Of a stretch of DNA of 25,428 nucleotides, positions 25,220-25,428 are shown piece after piece. The number at the start of each line of letters is the position of its first letter. Position 1 is the stretch's first letter. Source of the stretch: a virus (lineage: Duplodnaviria > Caudoviricetes); IMG/VR virus record IMGVR_UViG_3300009678_000131, positions 1 through 25,428 of that record, one strand, 5' to 3'. The notes under the pieces were generated by a model, which saw only the letters and a list, made by a program, of their open reading frames with translations, had not been told where the DNA came from and searched no databases. A program made the translations under genes and the position numbers.

Positions 25220-25428
25220 CTTCTTTGCCCTCAGCATCACCATCACTGACGGGACCGGCTTCGATCGGGGTTTCCAGTTTGCCGTTACTGAAAGCTATCA
25301 TCACCGTATTGACCAGGGCGGCTCTGGCATTGGACCGCTCACAGATATGCTCGCCTTGGTCGTCAGGCTCCAGCAAGCAAGCCAGCTCATGGGCGGCTCT
25401 GCACACTAAAGACCAGTCGGACCAGGGA
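25203..25428 (-). CDS. 3' part of a gene ending in an acidic SSB-like tail (…EGKEDDIPW*)
   Basis: The frame is open to the window edge (PWSDWSLVCRAAHEL…); the C-terminus resembles the SSB-Ct DDDIPF. Confidence 0.6.
   Translation of the reverse strand, partial: PWSDWSLVCRAAHELACLLEPDDQGEHICERSNARAALVNTVMIAFSNGKLETPIEAGPVSDGDAEGKEDDIPW

Noticed and set aside
1-25428. Genome-wide TGA reassignment (code 4/25), suggested by protein-like sequence after the TGAs at 9413 and 22573
   Set aside because: Many genes end in TGA with ATGA/TGATG overlaps (5137, 5748, 9362, 9894, 10508, 17623, 23004, 24182), and the long ORFs are intact in code 11 with Trp as TGG.

Overview
The window is the late (virion and lysis) region of a podovirus-type dsDNA phage or prophage, probably of a diderm host, read in genetic code 11. 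On the + strand, 1-5137 is a block of putative head/surface decoration genes, including a beta-helix+LamG protein and a protein with two interleaved repeat types. A tail adaptor (T7 gp11-like), a nozzle (gp12-like, with a ~445-aa C-terminal extension), a GNAT-like gp13 equivalent, three ejection proteins and a short gp17-type fibre anchor follow. The usual tail-fibre position (17620-22575) holds three fibre/spike-like genes that each begin with a Sec-type signal peptide and carry even numbers of Cys, many in close pairs. This is the most unusual feature and suggests virion receptor-binding proteins that are exported and folded outside the cytoplasm. A lysis-type cassette comes next (small membrane proteins, a lipoprotein, a GH108 lysozyme), converging on - strand genes (VRR-NUC nuclease, a Zn-finger/AT-hook protein, a partial ORF ending EDDIPW). 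Smaller oddities are a CxxC/CxxC micro-ORF with an in-frame TGA followed by a GU-loop hairpin, well-placed SD sites before ACG/ATC codons, and a G-run/palindrome element flanked by 11-bp direct repeats. All family assignments come from motif recognition and gene order, not database searches.
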